Shown here one piece after another: positions 1 to 10,348 of a DNA stretch of 20,000 bases. The first letter of the stretch is position 1, and each line of letters starts with the position of its first letter. The stretch is from the NCBI GenBank assembly GCA_030167865.1, contig JALAGF010003145.1, positions 116,899-136,898 of the forward strand, read 5' to 3'. The notes beneath the pieces were generated by a model. It saw only the letters and a list, made by a program, of their open reading frames with translations. It was not told the DNA's origin and ran no database searches. The DNA comes from Craspedostauros australis. Its lineage: Eukaryota. The position numbers were made by a program, and so were the translations under genes.

Positions 1-445
1 CGATGATGGCGGTGATGACGACAGCGATGTCGTTGATGGTTTGGATTGATCCATCAACCTCCCGAGAAGCCGTGGGACGGCTGCAAATGGTCGTGATGGT
101 TGCGATGGACACAGAGATATAGAAGAAGCAGAGATATGGCAGAAGCAGACAGATAAAGTGTGAGCATATGGTGTCCTTGCTGACTGTGCTGTCAATGCAT
201 TACGTGCAATTGTGTAACCATCAGCAGAGCCCTGCCCCAGCCCAGCATGGCTTATCAACACATCGTACGATCGTGTAATGCGTACCTTGATTGCAGTACG
301 ATGATCCGATCATTGCCGCAGAGCCAACCAGCAACGTCGTCCCTTCAATCCATGCCTGCTGCGACAACATCTTTCGTGCCCTCTTGCGGATTTCAGCATT
401 GGCCTTGCCATCCTTCTTTTTCTTATCTGCCTTGCTGGACACCAT
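1..445 (-). CDS. ABC transporter subfamily B (ABCB8/ABCB10/MDL-like), 5' part; exons 445-286 and 80-<1, truncated at window edge
   Basis: ATG at 445 (caagATGg). Splicing the AAG|GTACG donor (285) to the TTTGCAG| acceptor (81) in phase 1 gives MVSSKADKKKKDGK...AWIEGTTLLVGSAAMIGSSYCNQAVPRLLGRLMDQSKPS..., resembling the first TM helix of ABCB transmembrane domains (E..L..G...+.SS....vP..LG.++D). The frame stays open to base 1. The NBD is not in the window. Confidence 0.7.
81..285 (-). other. spliceosomal intron (205 nt) of the ABCB-like gene
   Basis: GTACG donor, pyrimidine-rich interior on the minus strand, CAG acceptor; removal restores a recognisable ABCB motif in frame. Confidence 0.7.
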
Positions 446-1870
446 CTTGATAATGCTTGCTTGCTTCCTTTCTTCGTTGATTTTGCCAAGCTGCGTCACG
501 CCGTCTTCAAGAGAGTTCGTTCAACAGCCCCCTTTCGTCGATGGCTCTGGCATCCGCAGGATGTGATGCGGGATGGTTCGAGTTTGAGTCTGAGTTCGAA
601 TCTGAGCTTGTTGGTGATGATGGAGCAAAAGAAAGAACCCTTTGGTTTCAGCGCACGTGTTTTGGTGGAGGAGAATTGGCGGTCGTCGCGTCATTAAAGT
701 GGATACTACATATAGATTGCCGCACCTCCTAAAACACGTCACGATGAAGAGATGTGGTACACGAATGAGAAAAGGGACTATTGAAGTGCCACGCAGGGCG
801 CCGGTTGTGAAGAAATGGGCCTGAACCAAAGTGTGGAACGAAACGAACACAAAGAATCCTCGGCGTTGCTTCCTTGTTGTGTTGTGTGCTGTTGTGGGAG
901 ACGCTTGATCCAAACCTGCACGGAATTCTCATGACAAAGAAGGATCGCTTCATCACAAAAGAAGGAAAGGAACAAACAGAAAACCGTGATGGGTGTGAGC
1001 AGTAGCGACTGATTGTGGTTGTGATTGTGGTTGTGATTGAGGATCCATCGCGCAGCAACAGAAGAAGTCTGCACAGAGAGAACTCCGCTACGCATCTGCG
1101 CTTTGATCCATTTCTCGTGTCCCCAGAGAGACTTTCTCTTGTGTGGCGAGAACACAAGATCAGGAACAGGAACAGGAACAGTAGCAGGAAAGCGAGAAGG
1201 GGAAGAAGTCCATTGCATCGAAGGCAGCAGTGTTGCAGCGAAGGAATTGATTGCTGAGAGACTGCCGGAGATTGCAAGACGCCGGAGTCACTCTACCTGC
1301 ACTCTGTTCTCCCGCAGTTGCAACTGGGTTTGCACCTCATTCGAAGGGTGGAGGCGAAAGGTACGATCTGCGAGATGGCTTTGGGAGAACTGTTTCTCCA
1401 TGGTCTGGCTTCCCCAACACCCGACCCGACACCATCCACCAGGAGAAGATCTGAAGCAATAGCAAAGGACGATTGCTTGTTCTCCTCTGGACTGAATCCT
1501 TTCGGAGACGAATCAGCATGTCTGAGTGTGCCGCAGCCTGACACAGAGTGGCGGGAACTGATTCCTACCATAGATCGTACCACTCGCAGTGCAGGCCATG
1601 TGACTTCCATGCGGCTTCCATGTGACTTGTATTAATACCATCGCAACACAACGCGACAGAACACAACGCAATGCTCCAGATGGATTCTCAATTCCTCTGC
1701 TGCTCCTGCCCTTCATCACATCTCTCGATGACGTGTCTTTGACGACGTCCGTTTGATCGTCGTGGTGATTGAGTGCAATACCAATACGGTCTCATCGCAC
1801 CACATCTACCATACCGCCACCATTCAACACTCCACAGTCGGCACTCGACAATCGACACCTGCAGAGGACC

Positions 1871-4093
1871 ATGGGAAGGAGGAACAGATCATCGTCGCAT
1901 TCTGCGTCGGAGTTGCTCAACTTCCACTTCAGCAAAAGCGTGCCACCTCAAACACCGAATCCATCCGGCAGCTCCAACTCGCAGCGTCACGATCATGGCC
2001 GCAACAACAACTCGCGAGGCCAACGCAAGAACAAGCGTCATCAGCAGCAGCGCTATCAGAGGTCAGCCCAGGATCGGGCCTCCGCAAGACGAACCGCCAA
2101 GAATGGGATGTTCTACCTCCATTCCTCGGCCGACCATGCCTTCATCCTCACAAGGCAACGGCCTGACAAGACCGGCCATCACACGTACTCTTTCTCCGGC
2201 TGCGACGATCCCGTCTCATGGGACAGCGTCCGGGCGGTCACGCAGATAGTCCAAGTCAAGCCAGCGAAGGCCGCTGCCAGCGCCGCTGCGTCCGAGGATC
2301 ACACCTCGTGTCCAATCTGCCTGGACGACTTCACTTGCCCCAGAATCACCAAATGTGGCCACGCCTTCTGCCTGCCTTGCATTCTGCGCCACAACCAATC
2401 CTCGTACGAGATCAACCCTTACACCCACGTCAAGTGTCCGTGCTGCGGCATCCCCCTCATCACCAACGATCTCAAACCTGTCACGTTCCGCACCGTCGAT
2501 ACCAAAGTCGTTGGAAGCCATATACGGCTCAAGAAGCTTCACAGACACCGGGAATGCCCCGCCCCGTACCTGCCATTGCCAGACGCGAAGGCGCACGGCA
2601 ACCCGCACACCGCGCCCTGCACGACAGATGGCGATTCCATATATTCCAGATTCAACTACGTCGACCCGCACAGCCACCAGCAGCGCCTGTCCGACGAACA
2701 CAGCGATCTGACCGCCGCAGCCACGGAACTGTCCAGAAACAACTGCTCCTACGCTGCGGTGGAATTGACATTCGTTGCTCTTGCCTTGGAGATCGTCGAT
2801 TTAGAACGCGCCCGCGCGGCTTCCGAATGCGACGCCGAGATCCGCGACATGAATCGTTTCAAGCAGCCGACGTCCGGCATGTACTTGAAGCAATCGCCCG
2901 CTTTGGTGCCCAATATTGTGGAAGCCGACGCGGCGTCGGAACCCAACGAGGTTTGCAAGGTGGACATGGATGAAGTGCGCAATGCGCTGGCCGAAATTGA
3001 CGAAGCAAAAGCAAAGGAGGAAGTGAGCTTGAATGCCAGCTTCTCGCAAAGCGCGGGAGCCGGTTCCGTTTCTGAATCTGCATGCGACGACACTTCCGAT
3101 GTCAAGGAGAGAGAGTCGAAACCACGCAACAGCAAAAACACTGCCCCGTCATCCATGTACCTCTCGCCCGACTCCGTTCTATTTTACCAATCCGAAGATG
3201 GACAGCTCGTCTTTCTGAATGGATTCAATGTAACATGTTTGCTTGCGGAATTCACAAAACTGCCACCGCAGGACAGCTGCAGCGGTGACGATGCGCATGA
3301 CACCGAATCGATGGCAGCGTCTAAGCCATCGGCGAAGAAGACAGCGCAGGCTCCGCCGCTGCCCGACTACATCGAGGGCAACATCGTGGAAGTCGAAACG
3401 ATCCATCTAACCCCCGAGGCTCGACGGCGGCTGTCCTTCCTCTCTCACTTGCCGCTATACACGGACGTGACGATGGTCGAGCTTGATCTCGGTCGTGTCC
3501 TGAGCAATGTCACGAAGAAAAAGTTCAGCGCCGAATTCGCAAAACGCAAGAAAAAACGGAACATGAAGAAGGACGCCGAAAAGAAGGCAGATCGAGAGGC
3601 CAAGGAAAGGGAAGCCAAGCTAGTGGAGGAGCGCAAGGCGAGGATCCAGACCATCGATCCCAACGACACCTTCTTCCGGCATGCCGCGGCTGCGTCGATG
3701 GAGGATATGGGCGATTTCAATGCCCTCTTCCCGACCAACGACGTGGCAGAATATCACCAGGCAAGCAGCGGCAACAGCGCAACCGCAGCTGCTGGTGGTG
3801 CCAATCATCTGCACAATCATCCTGGATCCCATGATCTGCTCAACTTCTCCCAGGCCGCAAGAGGGGTGGTCGTTACGCAAAGCGTCGATGACTTTCCAAC
3901 GCTGGGAACCTCGTCGGCTGCCCCTGCGACACAACCAAGGACTTCGGGATGGGGCGCTCCCGCATCGGCAGCAGCCACACGGCCAGCACCAGTGAAGGCG
4001 CCAGGCGGAGGACGCAAAGGCAAGGGCAAGAAGAAGAAAGGTGGGCAAAAGATGGTTCTATTCAGTACCGGCGGACAACGAGGATCAGGTTGA
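1871..4093 (+). CDS. RNF10: RNF10/Mag2-like C3HC4 RING E3 ubiquitin ligase (~740 aa, intronless)
   Basis: First in-frame ATG at 1871 (MGRRNRSSS). Contains an LLNFHF motif, the RING CPICLDDFTCPRITKCGHAFCLPC...KCPCC, RNF10-type blocks FYQSEDGQLVFLNGFNVTCLLAEF and RRRLSFLSHLPLYTDVTMVELDL, a charged coiled coil, and a basic tail ending KKKKGGQKMVLFSTGG. Confidence 0.88.
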   Translation: MGRRNRSSSHSASELLNFHFSKSVPPQTPNPSGSSNSQRHDHGRNNNSRGQRKNKRHQQQRYQRSAQDRASARRTAKNGMFYLHSSADHAFILTRQRPDKTGHHTYSFSGCDDPVSWDSVRAVTQIVQVKPAKAAASAAASEDHTSCPICLDDFTCPRITKCGHAFCLPCILRHNQSSYEINPYTHVKCPCCGIPLITNDLKPVTFRTVDTKVVGSHIRLKKLHRHRECPAPYLPLPDAKAHGNPHTAPCTTDGDSIYSRFNYVDPHSHQQRLSDEHSDLTAAATELSRNNCSYAAVELTFVALALEIVDLERARAASECDAEIRDMNRFKQPTSGMYLKQSPALVPNIVEADAASEPNEVCKVDMDEVRNALAEIDEAKAKEEVSLNASFSQSAGAGSVSESACDDTSDVKERESKPRNSKNTAPSSMYLSPDSVLFYQSEDGQLVFLNGFNVTCLLAEFTKLPPQDSCSGDDAHDTESMAASKPSAKKTAQAPPLPDYIEGNIVEVETIHLTPEARRRLSFLSHLPLYTDVTMVELDLGRVLSNVTKKKFSAEFAKRKKKRNMKKDAEKKADREAKEREAKLVEERKARIQTIDPNDTFFRHAAAASMEDMGDFNALFPTNDVAEYHQASSGNSATAAAGGANHLHNHPGSHDLLNFSQAARGVVVTQSVDDFPTLGTSSAAPATQPRTSGWGAPASAAATRPAPVKAPGGGRKGKGKKKKGGQKMVLFSTGGQRGSG

Positions 4094-4275
4094 GGCGGGT
4101 TAGACCACTGCCGTCGCGGAGTTGAGTGGACACGCTCTGATGGAGGTGCGTGGTTGGCCTTTGGTGGCGAATCCTCGGTGGTATTCCATTCGGCGCTGTT
4201 CTGACCAACCTACCTGCTTCCCAACACTTTTTATTCATGACGAAGTTAACACATAATACAACAATAGCAATAACA

Positions 4276-4302
4276 CAACAACAACAACAACAACAACAAC
4301 AA
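4276..4302 (+). repeat. (CAA)9 microsatellite
   Basis: Read directly; intergenic between the RNF10-like and THUMPD3-like genes. Confidence 0.9.
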
Positions 4303-4564
4303 ATAAATAAACATGAACTTGGCATGACATACCGTTGTGCGCCTACAAGTACGTGTGGAGAGGAGGGTGATGTGACGCTCCAGTCCTCATTGTTCGTACA
4401 TGTCCTGCCACAAATCCTCGTACACACGTCGAAACAGCCGAAGAACCACAAAATCCAAAAAGATCCAAAGATCGCTTCTTGAACCAATCCTCCACAAAAT
4501 CACAGAGTCAGCTTCGTCATATCTGCAGTACGACTCATACATACTGACAAACCACAAGAGGACG

Positions 4565-5334
4565 ATGGATCAGCGAGAGGCTCCGTCGGCGATGGCTGCG
4601 ACAACAAAGACGACACACAACGATCACTCGCTGCCGTCGTATCTTTGCTTGGTGCCACGGGGATTGCAACACGTGGTGTCTTCGGTTGTGCACGAACGAC
4701 TGTCGCCAGCGTATCAGGTCCATGTGGACTTGCTGGGTGAGAGCGATGAGAGAAACGACGCCGTCCTCTCCGCCACAACCCAGAAGATAAATGCGAAACG
4801 GGATAAGCGCGTGCGCAAGATGAAGATGAAGCAGGCAAAGGCATCCGCGAAGGCGCCGGATTCTGCTGCAGTTTCCAACGATGCGAACAACACGTTCTGC
4901 GACCGTCCTGTTGGTTCCATCATGATGAAGTCTTCCGAGCTGGATTGCCAGAAGGCTGGTTGCGAATCAGCAAAGGCCCGCGAGACGGACAAAGATGATT
5001 CGATGGAAGTTGAAATGCATGTGGACGCTGTGCCCACGCAGAATCCGACGGCAACGTCAGCACAGACAGGATCCAAGCAACCCACTGTGCATGATGAAGA
5101 AGTGCATGTCGGGATTGGTTATCATCGCGATGGACGACACATTTGGAGCCAGGCAGGACAGCTCAATGGATCTGTCTGGTACAAGCTGCAGACGGACGCA
5201 CCTGTCAAGGTCGTCGCCAAACTGCGCTGCTTCGGTCCATTGCTGGCTCTTGTATCGGCCACTTCGGCGCAGGCAATGAGGCTAGGACCGCACGCGAACC
5301 TCGAAGATGCTTGCACGGACCTGGTCGGTTGGAT

Positions 5335-5367
<33 letters not shown>

Positions 5368-6703
5368 TGATCAGTACACGGCGAATTTCGAATCCGCAGT
5401 GCGTCTGTGGGCGCAGCACGCAACCCAGACATGGAATAGGCACGACCTGCGTTCACAATCAAGGGAAGGGGCGGACATCAAGGATGACAATACCGAGATG
5501 GATGATGCGAAGGATTTCATCGACTACAAGAAGCGCCATGAAGCAGGCTCCGTAGCGTATCGATTGTCATGCTTGCGATCCGGATCGAGCGGCAGAAGCA
5601 GTCGGAGCGCGAACAAGTACCGCTACACAAGGCAAGAGTTGCTGACGAGGATGCTGGACAATGGCCTCGTCCCGCAATCCTATCAATCCAAGTGGAAGGT
5701 GGACCTGACGCAGTACGACGTGGAGGTGCTGCTCCTGATCCTCAACCGCAGCATGGTCGCGGTGGCGCTGAGTCTGAGACCCTACCAGCTGCGTAGCGCA
5801 ACGTCGTTTTCCAACGGCTCGCTGCCTCCGGATTTGACAGATCCGTACATTGGCGGTGACATTCTGTCTGGTCTGGTTCGGCTGCGGCCCACCACCGCGC
5901 ATCTGCTATTGAAACTTGCCAACGTCCAACCAGGCGATATCGTTCTGGATCCGTGTGCAGGAATCGGAACGATACCGCTCGAGATAGACCATCACTACTT
6001 CGATGGCGCGCGAAGGGCCATCGGTCTTGGCGGTGATCTTGTGCTTGGGAGCGGCACAACGATCGATCATGCGGCCATGCAGCTGCTGGCTGCATCGAAG
6101 AGGGGCAACAACGCAGCAGCAATGGGAAGGGAACACGTCGACAACCTCGTTGGCTGGGATGCTTCATTGCTGCCCATCCGCACCGGAAGCGTGGATGTGG
6201 TCGTCACGGATCTGCCATTCGGGCAGTCATGCCTTTCTGCCGTGGCCCTGACCAACTTCCTTCCCCTCGTCTTCCTGGAGATGGCGAGGGTGTTGGCACC
6301 ATCGGCTGCGTCGGCTTCGTCGTTGCCATCGCGGGCGGTGTTGCTGTGCGGATCGAATCACGAGGTCGTCATGGAAGCGCTGGCCGCCAGTCAGCGACAT
6401 TGGAAGCTGCCCTACGCATCCATTCTCCCTGTCAATATTACTGGCATCCTCACTTGGGTGTTTGTGATCGAACGCAATGGAGTGGAATTCGAACCGTCCA
6501 TTACCAACCATGTCGAACGCGTCCGGAAGATGACGAAGAAGAGAGCCACAAAAGCGCAGCATGAGAAGAGTGCAAGTCACGGCCATGCGAAGAGCAATAA
6601 TAACAAGGGTAAGAAGGATGTGAGGAGAGGGAAGGATGGTACGGAGGGTGCAAGCGATCTCCGGGGGAATCAACTAAAAAAGAAGAAGCGGATCCAGCAT
6701 TGA
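4565..6703 (+). CDS. THUMPD3: THUMP-domain RNA (guanine-N2) methyltransferase, THUMPD3/Trm14-like (~712 aa)
   Basis: N-terminal YLCLVPRGL; THUMP-like YRLSCLRSG...KWKVDLTQYDVEVLLLI; UPF0020-type methylase motifs RLRPTTAHLLLKLANVQPGDIVLDPCAGIGTIPLE and WDASLLPIRTGSVDVVVTDLPFG. Start uncertain (in-frame ATGs at 4400, 4565, 4592). Confidence 0.82.
5336..5365 (+). repeat. (CAG)10 encoding poly-Q inside the methyltransferase
   Basis: Read directly; translates as IQQQQQQQQQQDD. Confidence 0.9.
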
Positions 6704-6748
6704 TCGCTGGACATGACAGTCTACGAGTTATTGAATGTAGTTTTAGCG

Positions 6749-6768
6749 CTCTCTCTCTCTCTCTCTCT
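6749..6768 (+). repeat. (CT)10 microsatellite
   Basis: Read directly, just downstream of the methyltransferase stop. Confidence 0.9.
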
Positions 6769-7342
6769 GGAATGTTGTGATGTTGTTGGATAGAACACAG
6801 CGTACCTGGGTGGTGGCGTGGCATGAATACAACAATCCCTGTCATATAACAGGTAGAAGCACTCAAGACTGCTGCTCCCTGCCCATGCCCTGATCGACGA
6901 CAGCAGCCTGTTTCGTCCGGTGCACTCCAACTCTGGTGTGCCAAACCGCACGTAGTTTCGGTTTATTCACCTCGTCACGGAGGCTATTTGTGTGATGTTC
7001 GCGCTCGCCCACCCCTTTGGAAATTTAGCGATTGTGATGCCGCGCTGGTGGCGCCAAATTCGAGGTTTCGCGTCGCATTTTCTGATTCTTCGTTTCGCTC
7101 CAGAGTTTTGGCAAACGAATGACGATAACAGGAAGTATTAGTTTGGACACATCCGCTCCGCCACTTTCACACACAGAGAGCAACATCATCCGCGACAACA
7201 ACACACTCATTGCATTCTGATTGAAGGCGTCACTTTTTGTGATCCATTGCATTGCATGTTGCTGGCTACTCCATCATCTGCTCCACAGAGTCAAGAAGGA
7301 AGGAAGAAAGGAAGGAGAGTGCTCTGCAGGGACATCCATCCC

Positions 7343-9765
7343 ATGAGCAGCAACATCCAATCGGTGACCGTTGAGGCGGACGGTTCGATTTCAGTGCAAG
7401 AATCTGACGAACACAGCAGCCTCGATAGTTCCAACAACTCCATCGCCGATGGTCGTGTCAGTAGTGCCAATACTCGTACAGCGTTGCAACATCCAACCGC
7501 AGGCGCCAATACTGACAGCGACACTGCGATCCCCACCGACCTGCGTGACAAGATCAAGCGAATTGCCGTGGTGACGACGGCTTCCTTGCCATGGAGAACC
7601 GGGACGGCAGTCAATCCGCTTGCGAGAGCGTTGCATCTATCGAGAGGGCGCAAGGCAGGCCATGTCACGCTCGCTATTCCGTGGCTGGCCACGCCGCAAG
7701 AGCAGGCCAAAGTGTACGGCAGCGGCACATCGATGCCCTTCTTCGAAACTCAGGCGGATCAGATAGAATGGATACGTGAATACTGTTCCGAACGGATGGG
7801 TTGCGCAGGTGAGTGGCCGTATTTGCGTGGAGTATAGTACTCTTCTGACTCTACCAAAATTCATATTCAAACCTATAACATGTCCATGCTCACATTCACA
7901 TTCCATGTTGCTCTCCTCGAATCGACTCAACTCGACCCCAAACTATTTCATTTCCATTGGCTCCAACAGATGAAGCAAAGGACATAGAATTCCTGTTCTA
8001 TGAAGCAACCTTCAACGACTCCTTCGGTTCCATCTTCGCGACGGAGGACATCTGCTCGTTGATTTCCACGGAGAGTGCCGACGTCGTCATCCTCGAGGAG
8101 CCTGAGCATCTCAATTGGTTCCGCGTGCCACCCACCATGGAAGCGGAGAAAGGCGAGGACACACCAGGGCCAGTCAAATCGCAATCGCATCTGGGTTGGA
8201 CGGCGAAGTTTCCCTACGTCATTGGCATCCTTCACACGAACTACGCGGCCTACGTCAACCAGTATGGCTACAGCACCGTCATTGCGTCGGCCGCGGTCGA
8301 CGTCTTCAGCAAGTTGGTGGTGCAGGCCTACTGCCATCGGTTGATCCGTCTCAGCGCCACGCTGCCCTGCTTCGATCCCGCCAAGGAGGTGACGTCCAAC
8401 GTTCATGGCGTGCGAGATGAATTCCTGCAGTCGGAATCGACCGAGGCAAACAGACAGCCCAACACCGCCGTCAGCACCAACGTGATGAGCAATAAAAGCA
8501 ATAATGGCAACAGCGGCGGCACTGCTGATACAGGCGACAGCAACGACAACGACAACAGTACGACCAACGGAGACAGCAATGGCAGCAACAGTCTGTACCC
8601 AATCTACTTCATTGGCAAGATCATCTGGGCAAAGGGCTTTGGACAGTTGCTGCACCTCCAGGAGAGTTACCGCGCTCGGACTGGCGAGTACTTCGGGATG
8701 GATGTGTACGGGTCCGGCAAGGATGAGAATGCAATTCGCAGGGCATTCTTTGGACGTGTCGGTCGTCGGCGCAAGGCGAAGGTCCACAAGGATTGCAACA
8801 GCATCATCAGTAACGGCAGCGGCGACGCAGAAAGTGGCGACGGCAGTTCGGACAACAGCAGTGACGGTTACGACGGCAAGCGAGCCAGCAGATCGATGAC
8901 ATCCAAGCAGGATCAAGCAGCAGCTGCCGTGTTCGAGGCACCATCGATCCGACAGAAGATAAACAGCCACCCGCTGCACGATGACACCCCTTTGCTGATA
9001 CCTGCGATGGACACCTCCACAGCGACAACCGCCACGATGACTACAACGACGACGACAAGCCAGAATCAGGCGTCGATGGAAGGCAGTACCGCAGACCACG
9101 ATCTGGATCCTCAACCACTCCTCGTGGTGAGCGAATCATGGAACGAGTCCGTCCAGTGCGCTTCCGTCGCCACCGATGCCATCAAGCAAATAGCAACCGA
9201 CGTCGTCACGGTGGGGATGAAGATTGGATTCCGTGAGGGCGAATCGAAGGAACCGACAGTGTCCAAAACGGATCTCCTGTTCGATCCCCCTGCATCACGC
9301 TTCGAACTGCGATACGTGGCGTTGCCGGCGAAATTCCACGGCGTCAAGGATCATGCGATGTTGCGTGAAATGCGCCAGCACAAGATCTTCCTCAACATGT
9401 CTGAGACGGAAGTGCTTTGCACCACGACAGCCGAGGCACTCGCGATGGGCAAATTCGTCATCATCCCCAACCACAAATCCAACACCTTCTTTGAACAATT
9501 CTCCAACTGCCTGACCTTCTCGTCGCATGACGAGGCGATCGATTGCATCGAATGGGCGTTGCAGAATGAGCCAAAGCCTCTCTCGGTGAACGAGACGAGG
9601 TGTTTGTCGTGGGAAGGTGCGATGGAGAGGCTGTACGACGTGTCCACGCTGACGACTGCGCAATACGACCAGATCACCGAGACCGACCACAAGTTGGTGA
9701 ACTTCCACATGGAAACGATGAAGAACGGGCTCATGTTACAGAATCTGTTTTGCGCTGGCGACTGA
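7343..9765 (+). CDS. DGD1: Digalactosyldiacylglycerol synthase (GT4); exons 7343-7808 and 7970-9765 (~753 aa)
   Basis: DGD family motifs VTTASLPWRTGTAVNPLARA, ADVVILEEPEHLNWF, HTNYAAY, NVHGVRDEFL, YFIGKIIWAKGF, FLNMSETEVLCTTTAEALAMGKFVI and LSWEGAMERL. A phase-1 intron CAG|GTGAGT...CAACAG| joins the two ORFs in frame. Alternative in-frame ATG at 7256. Confidence 0.93.
7809..7969 (+). other. spliceosomal intron (161 nt) of DGD
   Basis: GTGAGT donor, CAG acceptor, frame restored (CA-D-EAKDIEF). Confidence 0.88.
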
Positions 9766-10348
9766 GGACTACACATACGAGCACAAGGACGTACAAGTAC
9801 GAGTATCCGTGGGAGCATGCAACCAAGTCAACACAGATTAGAGCACTAGGCTGTACGCATGCTTCCAATCACATCATCGAATCGAATGCTGGATGGAATG
9901 ATGCTTGGGCCATTCTTCCCAACGATTGAGGATGTTCGTCTCCAGCTTCCAGCGTTGAGAAGACCTACTTATATGTATAACCTGTATGTTCGAAACAGAT
10001 TGCGTTGAAGCAGGACCTACAAGGGCACGGCACCAGGAGTGTGCCGAACTCGCGCTGGAGAGTGCGGTACATGGACTACCCTACTCTATTTGTACGTTCA
10101 GCGCACTTAATATCTTATTATACTGATGCTGTGACTCGTTCGTGTCGTTATTCGTTGTGGTGCCGCTAGTCGGGTTGCTGCTCTGGATATTGGAGCTTTT
10201 CGCATCCATCGACTCGCATTCGCACTCGTACCAGTACTGTCCCATGGCGAGCGGTGTAGGTCTGCCGATTTCCGCAACATCACTCGATTCGTGGTGCCAT
10301 CGGGATTGGAGTTACACATCATCGAGTTCCAGGCATACGTTCAACACT

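Noticed and set aside
500..913. Minus-strand ORF 521-913 is in frame with the ABCB exon and separated by one TGA, suggesting readthrough or selenocysteine
   Set aside because: The upstream ORF has no protein-like motif, ATG 445 explains the gene, and no SECIS evidence is visible.
1015..1635. Overlapping short ORFs (e.g. 1037-1462, 1318-1635) and a donor-like AAG|GTACG at 1361
   Set aside because: No recognisable domain, no convincing acceptor or coherent gene model, and simple repeats are present; treated as divergent intergenic DNA, though a small gene cannot be excluded.
1871..6703. Adjacent RNF10-like and THUMPD3-like genes as a translation-related cluster
   Set aside because: Adjacency of two housekeeping genes in a compact eukaryotic genome is expected by chance; no synteny or co-expression evidence is available.
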